Below, in pieces: positions 1-8,640 of a DNA stretch of 64,000 nucleotides; within the stretch, counting starts at the first letter, position 1; every line of letters begins with the position of its first letter. The stretch is from Dehalococcoidales bacterium. Lineage in GTDB: Bacteria; Chloroflexota; Dehalococcoidia; Dehalococcoidales; RBG-16-60-22. The notes beneath the pieces were generated by a model that was not told the DNA's origin, did no database searches, and was given only the letters and a program-made list of their open reading frames with translations. The stretch is taken from positions 3,608-67,607 of the forward strand of contig DAOUDY010000028.1 of NCBI GenBank assembly GCA_034430755.1, in the 5' to 3' direction. The translations under genes were made by a program, and so were the position numbers.

Positions 1-1163
1 TAGCCGGCCTCGAGCAGCATCTCCTTGGCCTTCTCCTTGTCATACAGGTCGCCGATGCCGAACTTGGATACTCCCTCCTCGGTGTACCAGGGGGAGGGCA
101 TGGGGATGAAGCTGAAGGCGGGGTCGGCAAAGCCGTAGCGTATCTGGTCGATGAACGTCTGCTTGTCGATGGACATGGACAGGGCCTGCCTGACGGCTTT
201 GTTTTGCAAGCCTTCCCAGCCGTTGGGGCGAAGGTTATAGACAATAAGGTCATAAGCCCTGGTGGGTACGGTATAGACCTTGATACCCTCCATCTGCTTG
301 AACTTGGCCACCTGCTCCGGCTCGATGCCGCAGTGGTGGATATCTCCCGCCTCGAGGGCCGCCAGCATTGCTGCCGACGTGCCGAAGAGCTTGGTGACGT
401 ATTCCGTAAAGTAAGGCGCGCCCGTTAACTGGCCGAGGTAGAAGTCCGGGTTGCGCTCCACGACATATTTATCATTCCGTATCCACTCCTTGAAGCGGTA
501 AGGGCCGAGGCTGCCGGTATAGGTCAGGTTGTTGAACTCCTCGGCCTCCGTGAACGCTTCGAGGTCGCCCTCATACTTAATGGCAATGTGTTTGGGATAC
601 GGCGTCAGGGAGTAGATGGCGTTATCGATGAACTCCGGGTCAGCGGTCTGCCGTCGGATAACGAAGGTGGTCTCATCGACCAGCTCCACCTCGACGAATA
701 CCGTCTCGCCCTCGACCTCCTCCTGCCAGTCGGTCTGGTAGGTGTAGTTGAGCCAGTCGGAGAACATCAGGTTCTTCAGGGTGTAGACATAGTCCTCGGC
801 AGTGACGGGGGTGCCGTCAGTCCACTTCAGGTCATCACGGATGGTGATGGTATAGACCAGGCCGTCATCGGATATCTCCACCGGCTTGGCCAGGTGGCGC
901 AGGTGAACGTTCCAGTCGTTATCATACGTGGCCAGGCTGTCAATACACTGACCGGCGTATGAAAACGAGGTCGCGTCCGCCGCCAGAAGCCAGTTCAGGG
1001 TCTCGGCATCGCCCCCGGATGTCCCTTCGATGAAAACACCTTTTACCTCAGGATAGGCCTTCTGTGCCGGTGGCTCCGGCCTCGGTATTGGTGCTGGCTG
1101 GGGTGCAGCACAGCTTGTCAATAGAGCGATAAAAACGATTATCAAAATGGCCAGTCGTTTCAT
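1..1163 (-). CDS. ABC transporter substrate-binding lipoprotein, family 5 (peptide/nickel/opine type); C-terminus lies beyond window edge
   Basis: Absent from ORF track because it is open to the window edge. My translation from ATG (1163-1161): MKRLAILIIVFIALLTSCAAPQPAPIPRPEPP... (lipobox LLTSC + Pro-rich tether), then YDNDWNVHLRHLAKPVEISDDGLVYTITIRDDLKWTDGTPVTAEDYVYT, typical of SBP family 5. Plus-strand ORFs 204..428 and 588..962 are antisense artefacts. Confidence 0.8.
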   Translation of the reverse strand, partial: MKRLAILIIVFIALLTSCAAPQPAPIPRPEPPAQKAYPEVKGVFIEGTSGGDAETLNWLLAADATSFSYAGQCIDSLATYDNDWNVHLRHLAKPVEISDDGLVYTITIRDDLKWTDGTPVTAEDYVYTLKNLMFSDWLNYTYQTDWQEEVEGETVFVEVELVDETTFVIRRQTADPEFIDNAIYSLTPYPKHIAIKYEGDLEAFTEAEEFNNLTYTGSLGPYRFKEWIRNDKYVVERNPDFYLGQLTGAPYFTEYVTKLFGTSAAMLAALEAGDIHHCGIEPEQVAKFKQMEGIKVYTVPTRAYDLIVYNLRPNGWEGLQNKAVRQALSMSIDKQTFIDQIRYGFADPAFSFIPMPSPWYTEEGVSKFGIGDLYDKEKAKEMLLEAG

Positions 1164-1295
1164 TTTCGAACTCCCATTAGCTAGCTTAACCACTTAATAA
1201 GAATTGATGATTGGAATTGATTAGTATCCATATTTTAACATTATAGCTTATCAAATAATAAATGAAAGCTGAAAGGGGTGTCGATATTCTATGTA

Positions 1296-1323
1296 TTGAC
1301 ACTGGTATGGACAAAGCTATAAT
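1296..1323 (+). promoter_or_regulatory. sigma-70-like promoter for the 1370..1918 gene
   Basis: TTGACA (1296-1301), 16-nt spacer, TATAAT (1318-1323), in an AT-rich divergent intergenic region. GGAAGGAG SD lies just before ATG 1370. Confidence 0.5.
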
Positions 1324-1369
1324 TAAATAACTCCATGAGTATCAGTCAGATTATGGGAAGGAGATAAGG

Positions 1370-1918
1370 ATGGAAACGGCATGGTACTTCAGGCTTTTCT
1401 GGGTGAATCTCGGCTGGTTTATCGTAAGCTGGCTTCTCTACTACATCGTCAAAGCGAAAAGGATGGCTGGCCCGGGGCCCGGCAGGTCATTGATTATGGT
1501 TTTCTGGGCGAGTTTAATTACCGGGTGGGCATTAACCTGGTTTATCCACTACAGTATCAACCTCGCTTTCTGGGTCGGGCTATGTATTATTATCATTGGA
1601 GAGGTGGTCTTTGCTTTAGGTTATATGGCCATGAGGGAGCACCCGGAAAAGAAACAGGCCGTGGTTGACTGGGGTATCTATAAATTTAACAGGCATTCGC
1701 ATGTCCTGGCCGGCGTCATCTGTCTCCTGGGTTTACTGATTATGGGGTGGAGCCCGGATTCGGTGATTTATATACTGCTGTGGGTGTACTTTGCCCTATA
1801 CGTGATACTGGGTCATTTTGGCGTGCTGAATGAGGAGAAATTGAATAGAGAAAGATTCGGGCAGGAGTATGTGGACTACATGAAGAGGGTGCCCCGGTAT
1901 TTCTTGGGCAGGATATAG
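1370..1918 (+). CDS. membrane methyltransferase, isoprenylcysteine carboxyl / phospholipid methyltransferase (ICMT/PEMT)-like
   Basis: 182 aa, multi-TM. C-terminal pattern GIYKFNRHSHVLAGVI...NEEKLNRERFGQEYVDYMKRVPRYF resembles the ICMT/PEMT family signature. Confidence 0.6.
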   Translation: METAWYFRLFWVNLGWFIVSWLLYYIVKAKRMAGPGPGRSLIMVFWASLITGWALTWFIHYSINLAFWVGLCIIIIGEVVFALGYMAMREHPEKKQAVVDWGIYKFNRHSHVLAGVICLLGLLIMGWSPDSVIYILLWVYFALYVILGHFGVLNEEKLNRERFGQEYVDYMKRVPRYFLGRI

Positions 1919-1959
1919 GCCAGAGCGAGAGACGAGCGATAGCGGGAAAGAATTAATAT

Positions 1960-3024
1960 CTAGACGAAGGTCAGGAGCCTTCTCGGGTTGCCAATAATAA
2001 GTGTGTCGATATGCTCCTGGGTTATGCCCCTCTGGCGCATCATCGGGACCACGTAATTCAGTATATGAGAATAACCCCACCCGCCGTAGCGCACCCGCCT
2101 GGTCTTGGCGCAGATGTCATGCGACATGACGAGCTGGTTCACGTAACCTTCTTCGATGTGCTGGCGGATTTCATAGATGCGCTGCGTGTCATTGGGCAGG
2201 TCCATATAGTCATCAGCCGTCCAGTAGGTTGGGAAATGGCCCTCCCATCCCCACAGGTCATATTCCAGCACGCAGCCTCTTTTCAGTAACTGCGTCCTTC
2301 CCTCGTGGTCGCGGACGCGGGCGTCAATGTGGCAGATGATGACCCGGCTGAGGTCGGCGCCTGAACGTTCGAGGATGTCGACCACGTCAAATGGTGCCTT
2401 TCGATTTCGTCCCGGGTGCACGCTCAGGCAGGCGCCGGTTTTCTGCTGGGCTTTGGCCGCCGCCCGCAGAACCTTGCGCTCATTATCGTGCAGAGGCCAG
2501 GAGCAGCCGATCTCACCGATAAGTCCGGAGCGAATCCCGGTGCTGCCAACACCAACCGTAATATCCCGGACTATCTCGTTGGCAATCTCGTCCTCGGTTC
2601 TGGCGGCAAACTCAGGGCTCAGGCTCGGTGCGGTATAGTATCCGCAGCCCATGATTATATTCAGGCCGGTAGCCCGGGAGACACGGGCCAGGGCTCCGGG
2701 GTCGCGGCCGATGCCGGTGATGGTGGCGTCAACGATTGTTCGGCCGCCGGCTTCTTTGAAGAGCATGGCCTCGTCGATGGCTTCCTGCTCGTCCAGCAGG
2801 CGCATATTGTCCAGGTTCTCGTAAGGATGGTAGCGGAGCCAGCTCAGGTTATGCCAGTCCACCGGCTCATAGGCCAGCGCCCGCTCGCTGGCACCTTCCG
2901 GCTCGGTGAAAATGCATTTGCCGTCAATAAATAAATGCTCGTGGGTAAGAGTCGCGCCAAGGTCTTGGCCATCGATTACTCCCAGCACGGTCTGCGCTTT
3001 TCCCGCTGTTTTCGATACAGCCAT
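1960..3024 (-). CDS. phosphotriesterase-related protein (PTE/lactonase-like amidohydrolase)
   Basis: 354 aa. N-terminal TLTHEHLFIDG metal-binding His pair and overall PTER-family look. AAGGAGGGAGG SD upstream. Confidence 0.8.
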   Translation of the reverse strand: MAVSKTAGKAQTVLGVIDGQDLGATLTHEHLFIDGKCIFTEPEGASERALAYEPVDWHNLSWLRYHPYENLDNMRLLDEQEAIDEAMLFKEAGGRTIVDATITGIGRDPGALARVSRATGLNIIMGCGYYTAPSLSPEFAARTEDEIANEIVRDITVGVGSTGIRSGLIGEIGCSWPLHDNERKVLRAAAKAQQKTGACLSVHPGRNRKAPFDVVDILERSGADLSRVIICHIDARVRDHEGRTQLLKRGCVLEYDLWGWEGHFPTYWTADDYMDLPNDTQRIYEIRQHIEEGYVNQLVMSHDICAKTRRVRYGGWGYSHILNYVVPMMRQRGITQEHIDTLIIGNPRRLLTFV

Positions 3025-3076
3025 AGTCCTCCCTCCTTAACCGAGATATCGCGCAGCGCAGTAGTAACGCAGGCTT

Positions 3077-3745
3077 TTACAGAACTTTATACTTGTTATA
3101 CGCGTCGCGCAGCAATGACCCCTTGAGCAGCTCATCGCGCAGCTGGTTTTCCTTGCTCGTCTTTTCCAGGGCCAGCGGTATGACCTCTTTTTCCAGCTCT
3201 TTGGGGATGACCACCACGCCGTCGATGTCACCGAATATGATATCGCCGGGGTTGACCAGCACGCCGCCGCAGTCCACCGGACAGTTATGGTCGATGACGA
3301 TGCTCCTGCCGGCTGAGTCAACCATGTATATGCCGGTGGCAAAGGCGGGGAATCTCATTTTGGTGATCTGGGCGACATCTCTGGTATAGCCGTCCAGGAC
3401 GATGCCGCGAGCGCCGCGGGCCCGGGCCGCCGTGGAGAGCAGTTCCCCCCAGAAGCAGGTGCGGGTGGAACGCTGTGTGCAGACCACCATCACGTCGTTG
3501 GGCTTCAAAGAGTCGACGGCGTCAATCTCCCCGCCGTAGGGGTCGTCAACCAGCTGGTAGATATCGGCCGTAAGTACGGGATAGGCACGTCCCACCACCA
3601 CCGCGCCTTCATATATGGGGCGGATATCGGCTCTCATCCCCTGATTGCGGGCGCCAAGGCTGTCTATGATGTCGGAAATGACTGACGCGTAGAGCTTGTC
3701 ACGCATGGTATCAAACATCTCCGTTTCGCTGGCAAAGTCGACCAT
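3077..3745 (-). CDS. RraA family protein (HMG/CHA aldolase / oxaloacetate decarboxylase-like)
   Basis: 222 aa. GELLSTAARARGARGIVLDGYTRD core typical of the RraA/dimethylmenaquinone-methyltransferase-like fold. AAGGAGG SD. Confidence 0.8.
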   Translation of the reverse strand: MVDFASETEMFDTMRDKLYASVISDIIDSLGARNQGMRADIRPIYEGAVVVGRAYPVLTADIYQLVDDPYGGEIDAVDSLKPNDVMVVCTQRSTRTCFWGELLSTAARARGARGIVLDGYTRDVAQITKMRFPAFATGIYMVDSAGRSIVIDHNCPVDCGGVLVNPGDIIFGDIDGVVVIPKELEKEVIPLALEKTSKENQLRDELLKGSLLRDAYNKYKVL

Positions 3746-3794
3746 TGTCGTACCTCCTTTTCTGGAATTTTAAAAAAATTGTGGTGGTAAGGTG

Positions 3795-5132
3795 CTATTT
3801 TATCATTTGTGCTGGTAGCCAGAGGATTAATTGAGGGAAAGCTATACAAAGGCCAAGGCCAATCATGATGAGGAAAACAAAAGGTATGACGCCGCGGATG
3901 ATATCGGCAGTAGTCACTCCTAACTCCGGTGGAGCAGCACCATGGAGGAAGAATATCGCGTAAGCGAAAGGAGGTGTCAAGAAAGACATCTGAAGGTTAA
4001 CGCAAATCATCATGGCCAGCCAGAGCGTGTCAAAGCCCAGAATAGGACCGATGGGCGTTATGATGGGAATCATGATGAAGATGATGCCCAGCCAATCGAT
4101 AAACATGCCCAGAAGGAAGACGACAAACATGATAAGAGCAAAGGCACCCCAGCGTCCGCCGGGGGCGCTCAGAATGATGTTCTCCACGACATTGCCACCG
4201 CCCAGGCCCAGGAAAACACCGACGAACATGAAAGCGCATACCGCGACGAAAATTACTTTACTGGTGACCCTCAGAGTCTGGAATGCCGTCTCCCTGAGTG
4301 TCCGGAAAGTAAGCCTGCGGTGGGCAAGAGCCAGAAGCATGGCGGCAAGGGCACCCACCGAGGCGGCCTCCGTGGGAGGTGCTATGCCGAAGAAGATGCT
4401 GCCCAGTACGGACAGGACAAGTATCACCGGCGGCACCAGAGAGGTAAGCAGCATGGTCGTTTTCTTGAGAAAGGGAACGGCTCTTTCTTCAACGGGCACT
4501 GCCGGCGCCTTATGTGGTTGGAATAGACAGTAAAGGGCGATGTAGGTGCAGTACAGACCGGAGAGGACCAGACCGGGGATAAAGGCGGCCATGAACAGCT
4601 TGCCCACCGAGATTTCCGCCATTGGCCCGTAAAGAACCAGCATGATGCTGGGGGGGATAAGAATCCCCAGGGTACCGCCAGCACATACCGAGCCACTGGC
4701 CAGGGCTTTGTCATAGCCTCGCTTCACCATGGCGGGAAGGGCGATAAGGGCCAGCATGGTAACCGAGGCACCAATTATGCCCACGCAGGCAGCCAGGATG
4801 GTGCCGATTAACACCGTGGTTACCGCCAGGCCGCCCCGGAAACCGCCCAGCCAGATGTACAATGCTTCATACAATCGTTCGGCGATGCCAGAGCGCTCAA
4901 GCATAATGCCCATGAAAATAAACAGGGGAGCCGCCAGAATGACGTAGCTTCGTATCAGACCCCACATGCGCGAGTAGAACAGGTCGGTTACCTGCGGTCC
5001 GCCCCAGGTAAAATAGCCCACTACCAAGGCGATGCCAGCAATAACCGGGGCCAGCGGGAATCCGGTTAGTACCCCGGCTAATACACCCAGCAGCATTATA
5101 ATGGCAATCGTCTCTTGGCTGATATCAATCAT
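3795..5132 (-). CDS. TRAP transporter large permease (DctM family)
   Basis: 445 aa polytopic protein. Highly similar to the second DctM at 47938..49281. 8-nt overlap with the upstream DctQ gene. Confidence 0.9.
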   Translation of the reverse strand: MIDISQETIAIIMLLGVLAGVLTGFPLAPVIAGIALVVGYFTWGGPQVTDLFYSRMWGLIRSYVILAAPLFIFMGIMLERSGIAERLYEALYIWLGGFRGGLAVTTVLIGTILAACVGIIGASVTMLALIALPAMVKRGYDKALASGSVCAGGTLGILIPPSIMLVLYGPMAEISVGKLFMAAFIPGLVLSGLYCTYIALYCLFQPHKAPAVPVEERAVPFLKKTTMLLTSLVPPVILVLSVLGSIFFGIAPPTEAASVGALAAMLLALAHRRLTFRTLRETAFQTLRVTSKVIFVAVCAFMFVGVFLGLGGGNVVENIILSAPGGRWGAFALIMFVVFLLGMFIDWLGIIFIMIPIITPIGPILGFDTLWLAMMICVNLQMSFLTPPFAYAIFFLHGAAPPELGVTTADIIRGVIPFVFLIMIGLGLCIAFPQLILWLPAQMIK

Positions 5133-5634
5133 AGGCTTTATTCCTGACCAGCTGGTAGAAATCGCGAATCAGGTTAGCTACGGTCTGGAAGGCCAGCAGA
5201 AACAGCCCGACCACCACCACCGTCCGGAAGGGTCCGGCCGGAGGGTACCAGAAAGTCTCCGCCAGCTTCTCATCAATGCGCCAGGCGCGCATCATGTAAT
5301 AAATTGAAGTATCTATAAGCACATAGAGCAGCGGAAGAAAAAATAGTAGGGTACCGATAACGTCGATTATGAGCTGGGCTCTGGGCGGAAGATGAGTGTA
5401 AATAACATCGACCCGTATGTGCTCGCGCATTCGGTGGACGAAAGCCCAGCCCATAACGTAGATGGTGGCGCCAAGCATGGTGCCGGTCTCGTAGGCCCAT
5501 ACCGTGGCGCCACCAAATACGTATCTCTCGACAACGTCAAAGACAAGCACTAAAACCAGGGCAACGGCAAGCCAGCTTACTGCCTTTGCCGTCCAGTCGC
5601 TGGTTAAATCAATAACATGAAGTACAGCTTTCAC
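5125..5634 (-). CDS. TRAP transporter small permease (DctQ family)
   Basis: 169 aa, 4 TM. HIRVDVIY..LP.R and C-terminal LVRNKAYD are shared with the paralog at 49274..49783. Confidence 0.8.
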   Translation of the reverse strand: MKAVLHVIDLTSDWTAKAVSWLAVALVLVLVFDVVERYVFGGATVWAYETGTMLGATIYVMGWAFVHRMREHIRVDVIYTHLPPRAQLIIDVIGTLLFFLPLLYVLIDTSIYYMMRAWRIDEKLAETFWYPPAGPFRTVVVVGLFLLAFQTVANLIRDFYQLVRNKAYD

Positions 5635-5676
5635 GGCTCATGTACCAAGCCTAGCATAAAGCCTCACCGGTGGTAG

Positions 5677-5710
5677 CCTCCGCCCCGAGAGATTGCTCTC
5701 GGAGCGGAGG
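5677..5710 (-). promoter_or_regulatory. intercistronic stem-loop between TRAP binding-protein and permease genes
   Basis: cctccgccccgagag-attg-ctctcggagcggagg: 15-nt arms, 4-nt loop. The single C/A mismatch on the plus strand becomes a G-U pair in the minus-strand transcript. No U-tract follows. Confidence 0.5.
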
Positions 5711-5721
5711 CAGGAATAAAA

Positions 5722-6915
5722 CTATCGGTAGTACGGGTACTGAAGCGTGTTTGTCTCCCCTAGAGCCTTCTTGTACGCATTCACTGAATTCCAGACCCTG
5801 GCAAAGAAGGCGTCCTCCGCCGCCCGGGTGTTATAGAAATCTTCGGCAGCGGCTTCTATATCCTTCTGGACATCCTCAGACAGGTAGACAATTTCCATAC
5901 CGGCCGCTTTGTGCTGTTCTACGCCCCACATATCCTCATGCGATTCAACGGTGTGGTTTCTGATGCACTCAGCCAGTATCGCCTCTTTCAGCATTATTTT
6001 AAGGTCATCGGGGAGCTCATTCCAGGCATCCTTATTGACGAGACCGGGCATAAGTACTCCCGGTGCGTGGATGCCGGGGAACATGGCATATTTGGCTATC
6101 TCATTGAAGCCAAAGGGGACGTTGACTGATGGCGAGCTGAATTCAAAAGCGTCAATCACTCCCCGCTGCATGGCCTCATAGACTTCGCCACCGGGCAGGA
6201 AAATCACGGAAGCACCGAACTTTTCGGTGAGGATTTCACCCCAGTCACCGGCAGTGCGGAACTTCAGCCCCTTGAAGTCAGCCATTGTTTTCAGCGGTGT
6301 GTTGCTGTAGCCAAACATTTCGGCGCGTCCTATGGTCAATACGGAGAGACCCATTACATTGTAATCGGTGAACATCTCCTGGATTAGGTCCTCACCTCCT
6401 CCCTGAAGATACCAGGTGAGATAGACCATGGGAGTCGGACCGGCACAGATGATGTTATAGAGGCCACCGCAGGAGAACTTGTCCATGTTATAGTGCATGC
6501 CGGTTTGCGCCATCTCAATGATACCCCGGTCCAGAGCGTCAAATTCCTTGGTTGCCGGTGCCACCGCGCCGCTCGGGAAAAATTCAATGAGAAAGCGCCC
6601 GCTGCTCATGGCCTCAACGTTCTTGGTTACACGTATTGCTGATTCACCCCAGGGATTTGTCTCCGGTAAATATGACGCTAGCCGCCACTTGACTACTTCT
6701 GCTGGTTGTGCCGGAGCTGGTGCGGGTGCTGGCGCCGGAGCTGGAGCTGGAGCTGGTGCCGGAGCCGGTGCTGGTGCAGGCGCCGGGGCTGGTGCTGGAG
6801 CAGGCGCTGGTGCTGGAGCAGGCGCTGGTGCGGGTGCAGGGGCGGCACAGCCGGCAGCAACTAAACCGGTCACCACAATGAAAGCGATAACCAATGAGAT
6901 TACTTTTCTTCTCAT
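5722..6915 (-). CDS. TRAP transporter substrate-binding lipoprotein (DctP family) with (Ala-Pro)22 tether
   Basis: 397 aa. Signal peptide + lipobox VAAGC, then A(AP)22A, then a DctP-like domain (VKWRLASYLPETNPWGE...). AAGGAGGG SD. Confidence 0.85.
   Translation of the reverse strand: MRRKVISLVIAFIVVTGLVAAGCAAPAPAPAPAPAPAPAPAPAPAPAPAPAPAPAPAPAPAPAPAPAPAQPAEVVKWRLASYLPETNPWGESAIRVTKNVEAMSSGRFLIEFFPSGAVAPATKEFDALDRGIIEMAQTGMHYNMDKFSCGGLYNIICAGPTPMVYLTWYLQGGGEDLIQEMFTDYNVMGLSVLTIGRAEMFGYSNTPLKTMADFKGLKFRTAGDWGEILTEKFGASVIFLPGGEVYEAMQRGVIDAFEFSSPSVNVPFGFNEIAKYAMFPGIHAPGVLMPGLVNKDAWNELPDDLKIMLKEAILAECIRNHTVESHEDMWGVEQHKAAGMEIVYLSEDVQKDIEAAAEDFYNTRAAEDAFFARVWNSVNAYKKALGETNTLQYPYYR
6709..6846 (-). 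repeat. coding dipeptide repeat (Ala-Pro)x22
   Basis: Residues 24-69 of the binding protein by my codon count. The DNA is GCN-CCN with mixed synonymous codons and an 18-nt sub-repeat (gctggtgctggagcaggc x2 on the plus strand). Confidence 0.9.
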
Positions 6916-7170
6916 TTATCCCTCCTTTGATAGAATGGAGTTTCAATTTACCACCTGCCTGCTAAAAGCAACCACCTCCTTATTTCACTGTATTTTATTT
7001 TCTTATAATGGAAATCCTATTTTAATCGTAGAGATATTTTAACACACATTGTCAAGCAATATAGCGGTTATCGAGATGAATTTTTATGAGATTTTTTGTA
7101 AGTAATGATATGCCGATGATAATGGTATGACCGTTTTTAAACGGCGCCCTAGTGCCAATAGGGGACAGAG

Positions 7171-8226
7171 TTAGCTTTTTGGTGGCGAACTTTTCCCGTG
7201 TTTTTGTTTTTTAGAAATCGAGATACGGGATTCCTTGATTCTGGTGAAAGTATCGGCGATTTCCGGGTCAAACTGGGTCCCTTTGTGGCGCGCTATTTCA
7301 TCGAGAGCCGCATCAGCACTCATTGACTTGCGGTAGGGGCGCTCTGAGGTCATGGCTGCGTAGGCGTCCGATACTGCCAGAATTCGGGCGGCCAGCGGTA
7401 TCTCATTGTTTTTCAATCCATCCGGATACCCGCTACCGTTGTAATGCTCGTGATGGTTCCGGACAGCCTCGAGAATATCTGCGCTATCGACTATCGGCCT
7501 CAGGATGTGCTCCCCAATTTCCGGATGGCGTTTCACCATTGCAAATTCTTTCCTGGTTAGGCGTCCGGGCTTGTTCAGCACTGATTCCCGGACACCGATC
7601 TTGCCGATGTCATGAAGCAGTCCTGCCAGTCTGAGTTCATTAATCTGGCTCTGGGGCAGATTCAATTCCCTGGCGATTGCTACTGACAGGTTGGACACCC
7701 TCTGGGAGTGTCCACTGGTATAGGCATCCTTGGCTTCAAGGGCGTACGCCAGAGCGGTGATGGCGTTGAGGAACGAGGCCCGGATTTTATTCGCCTGCTC
7801 GGCGACCTTCTCCTCCAGGTGCTGTTGATACCCCTTATTTTCCAGCTCAAGTCTTCTCTTCTCAAATGCCCGTGCCACGCTGAGGGTTATTTCAGCCAGT
7901 TCAAAAGGCTTGGTTATGTAATCGTAGGCGCCATGCTTCAGGCACTGAATTGCCGTCTTCATATCAGCCGTCGCGGTGAGCATGATAACTGATATATCGG
8001 GATAGGCGGATTTAATTTCCGGCAGCAACTCTATCCCCGATTTTCCCGGCAACTTGATATCCAGCATGACCAGGCCAATGTTGTTCCCGTGCAGCTCATC
8101 CAGCACCTGCCGGGCATTGGAGGCTTCATGACACCGGTATCCTTCGTCGGTCAACTGGGTGATGAGGAGCCGCCTTACTGACTCCTCATCATCAACGACC
8201 AATATTCCTGCCGACTTAGATGCCAT
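7171..8226 (-). CDS. response regulator with HD-GYP (cyclic-di-GMP phosphodiesterase-type) output domain
   Basis: 351 aa. REC domain (ILVVDDEE...MLDIKLPG) followed by HDIGKIGV and HHEHYNGSGYPDG motifs. Confidence 0.85.
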   Translation of the reverse strand: MASKSAGILVVDDEESVRRLLITQLTDEGYRCHEASNARQVLDELHGNNIGLVMLDIKLPGKSGIELLPEIKSAYPDISVIMLTATADMKTAIQCLKHGAYDYITKPFELAEITLSVARAFEKRRLELENKGYQQHLEEKVAEQANKIRASFLNAITALAYALEAKDAYTSGHSQRVSNLSVAIARELNLPQSQINELRLAGLLHDIGKIGVRESVLNKPGRLTRKEFAMVKRHPEIGEHILRPIVDSADILEAVRNHHEHYNGSGYPDGLKNNEIPLAARILAVSDAYAAMTSERPYRKSMSADAALDEIARHKGTQFDPEIADTFTRIKESRISISKKQKHGKSSPPKS

Positions 8227-8230
8227 TTTA

Positions 8231-8620
8231 TCACTGCGACGTTTCCCGTATGATGTTGACTAGTTCATCAAGTGAGAACGGTTTAAGCAATATTGGCCGC
8301 CCGCTTTTTTGCAGGAAGTCTTTAACGGTTTCTTCTATTTCTATTATCGAGCCGGTAGAAAAAATGGCCTTATCCGCCAGCTCTGGATGAGTCTCCAGCA
8401 TCCATTGATATAACTGCATTCCGTTCATTTCTGGCATCATAAGGTCAATCAGGCAGAGGTCGAACTCGGTTTCATCGATCATTTTCTGTGCCGTGCGGCA
8501 ATCAGGGGCAGTATTCACGTCAAAACCTTCCGCTTCGAGCACTATGCAGCAGATATTGGATATGACTATCTCGTCCTCAACGACCAGTATTTTCCTTTTG
8601 CCGCTGGCAGCGTCAGCCAT
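8231..8620 (-). CDS. single-domain response regulator (REC)
   Basis: 129 aa. KILVVEDE...DLCLIDLMMPEMNG...LLKPF. Confidence 0.85.
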   Translation of the reverse strand: MADAASGKRKILVVEDEIVISNICCIVLEAEGFDVNTAPDCRTAQKMIDETEFDLCLIDLMMPEMNGMQLYQWMLETHPELADKAIFSTGSIIEIEETVKDFLQKSGRPILLKPFSLDELVNIIRETSQ

Positions 8621-8640
8621 AAGAAACCCAAATCTTATCT

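Noticed and set aside
204-962. Plus-strand ORFs 204..428 and 588..962
   Set aside because: They are antisense to the family-5 substrate-binding lipoprotein, which reads cleanly on the minus strand from 1163 to the window edge.
6700-6860. The AP-repeat DNA (and its counterpart at 50873-50965) as a possible CRISPR array or non-coding satellite
   Set aside because: The period is 6 nt with no spacers. It lies in-frame inside a lipoprotein gene immediately after the lipobox Cys, so it is a coding tether.
6497-7042. 181-aa plus-strand ORF containing a long (Gly-Ala)n run
   Set aside because: It is the reverse-complement reading of the (Ala-Pro)22 tether of the TRAP binding protein. It continues through the promoter region and has no SD.
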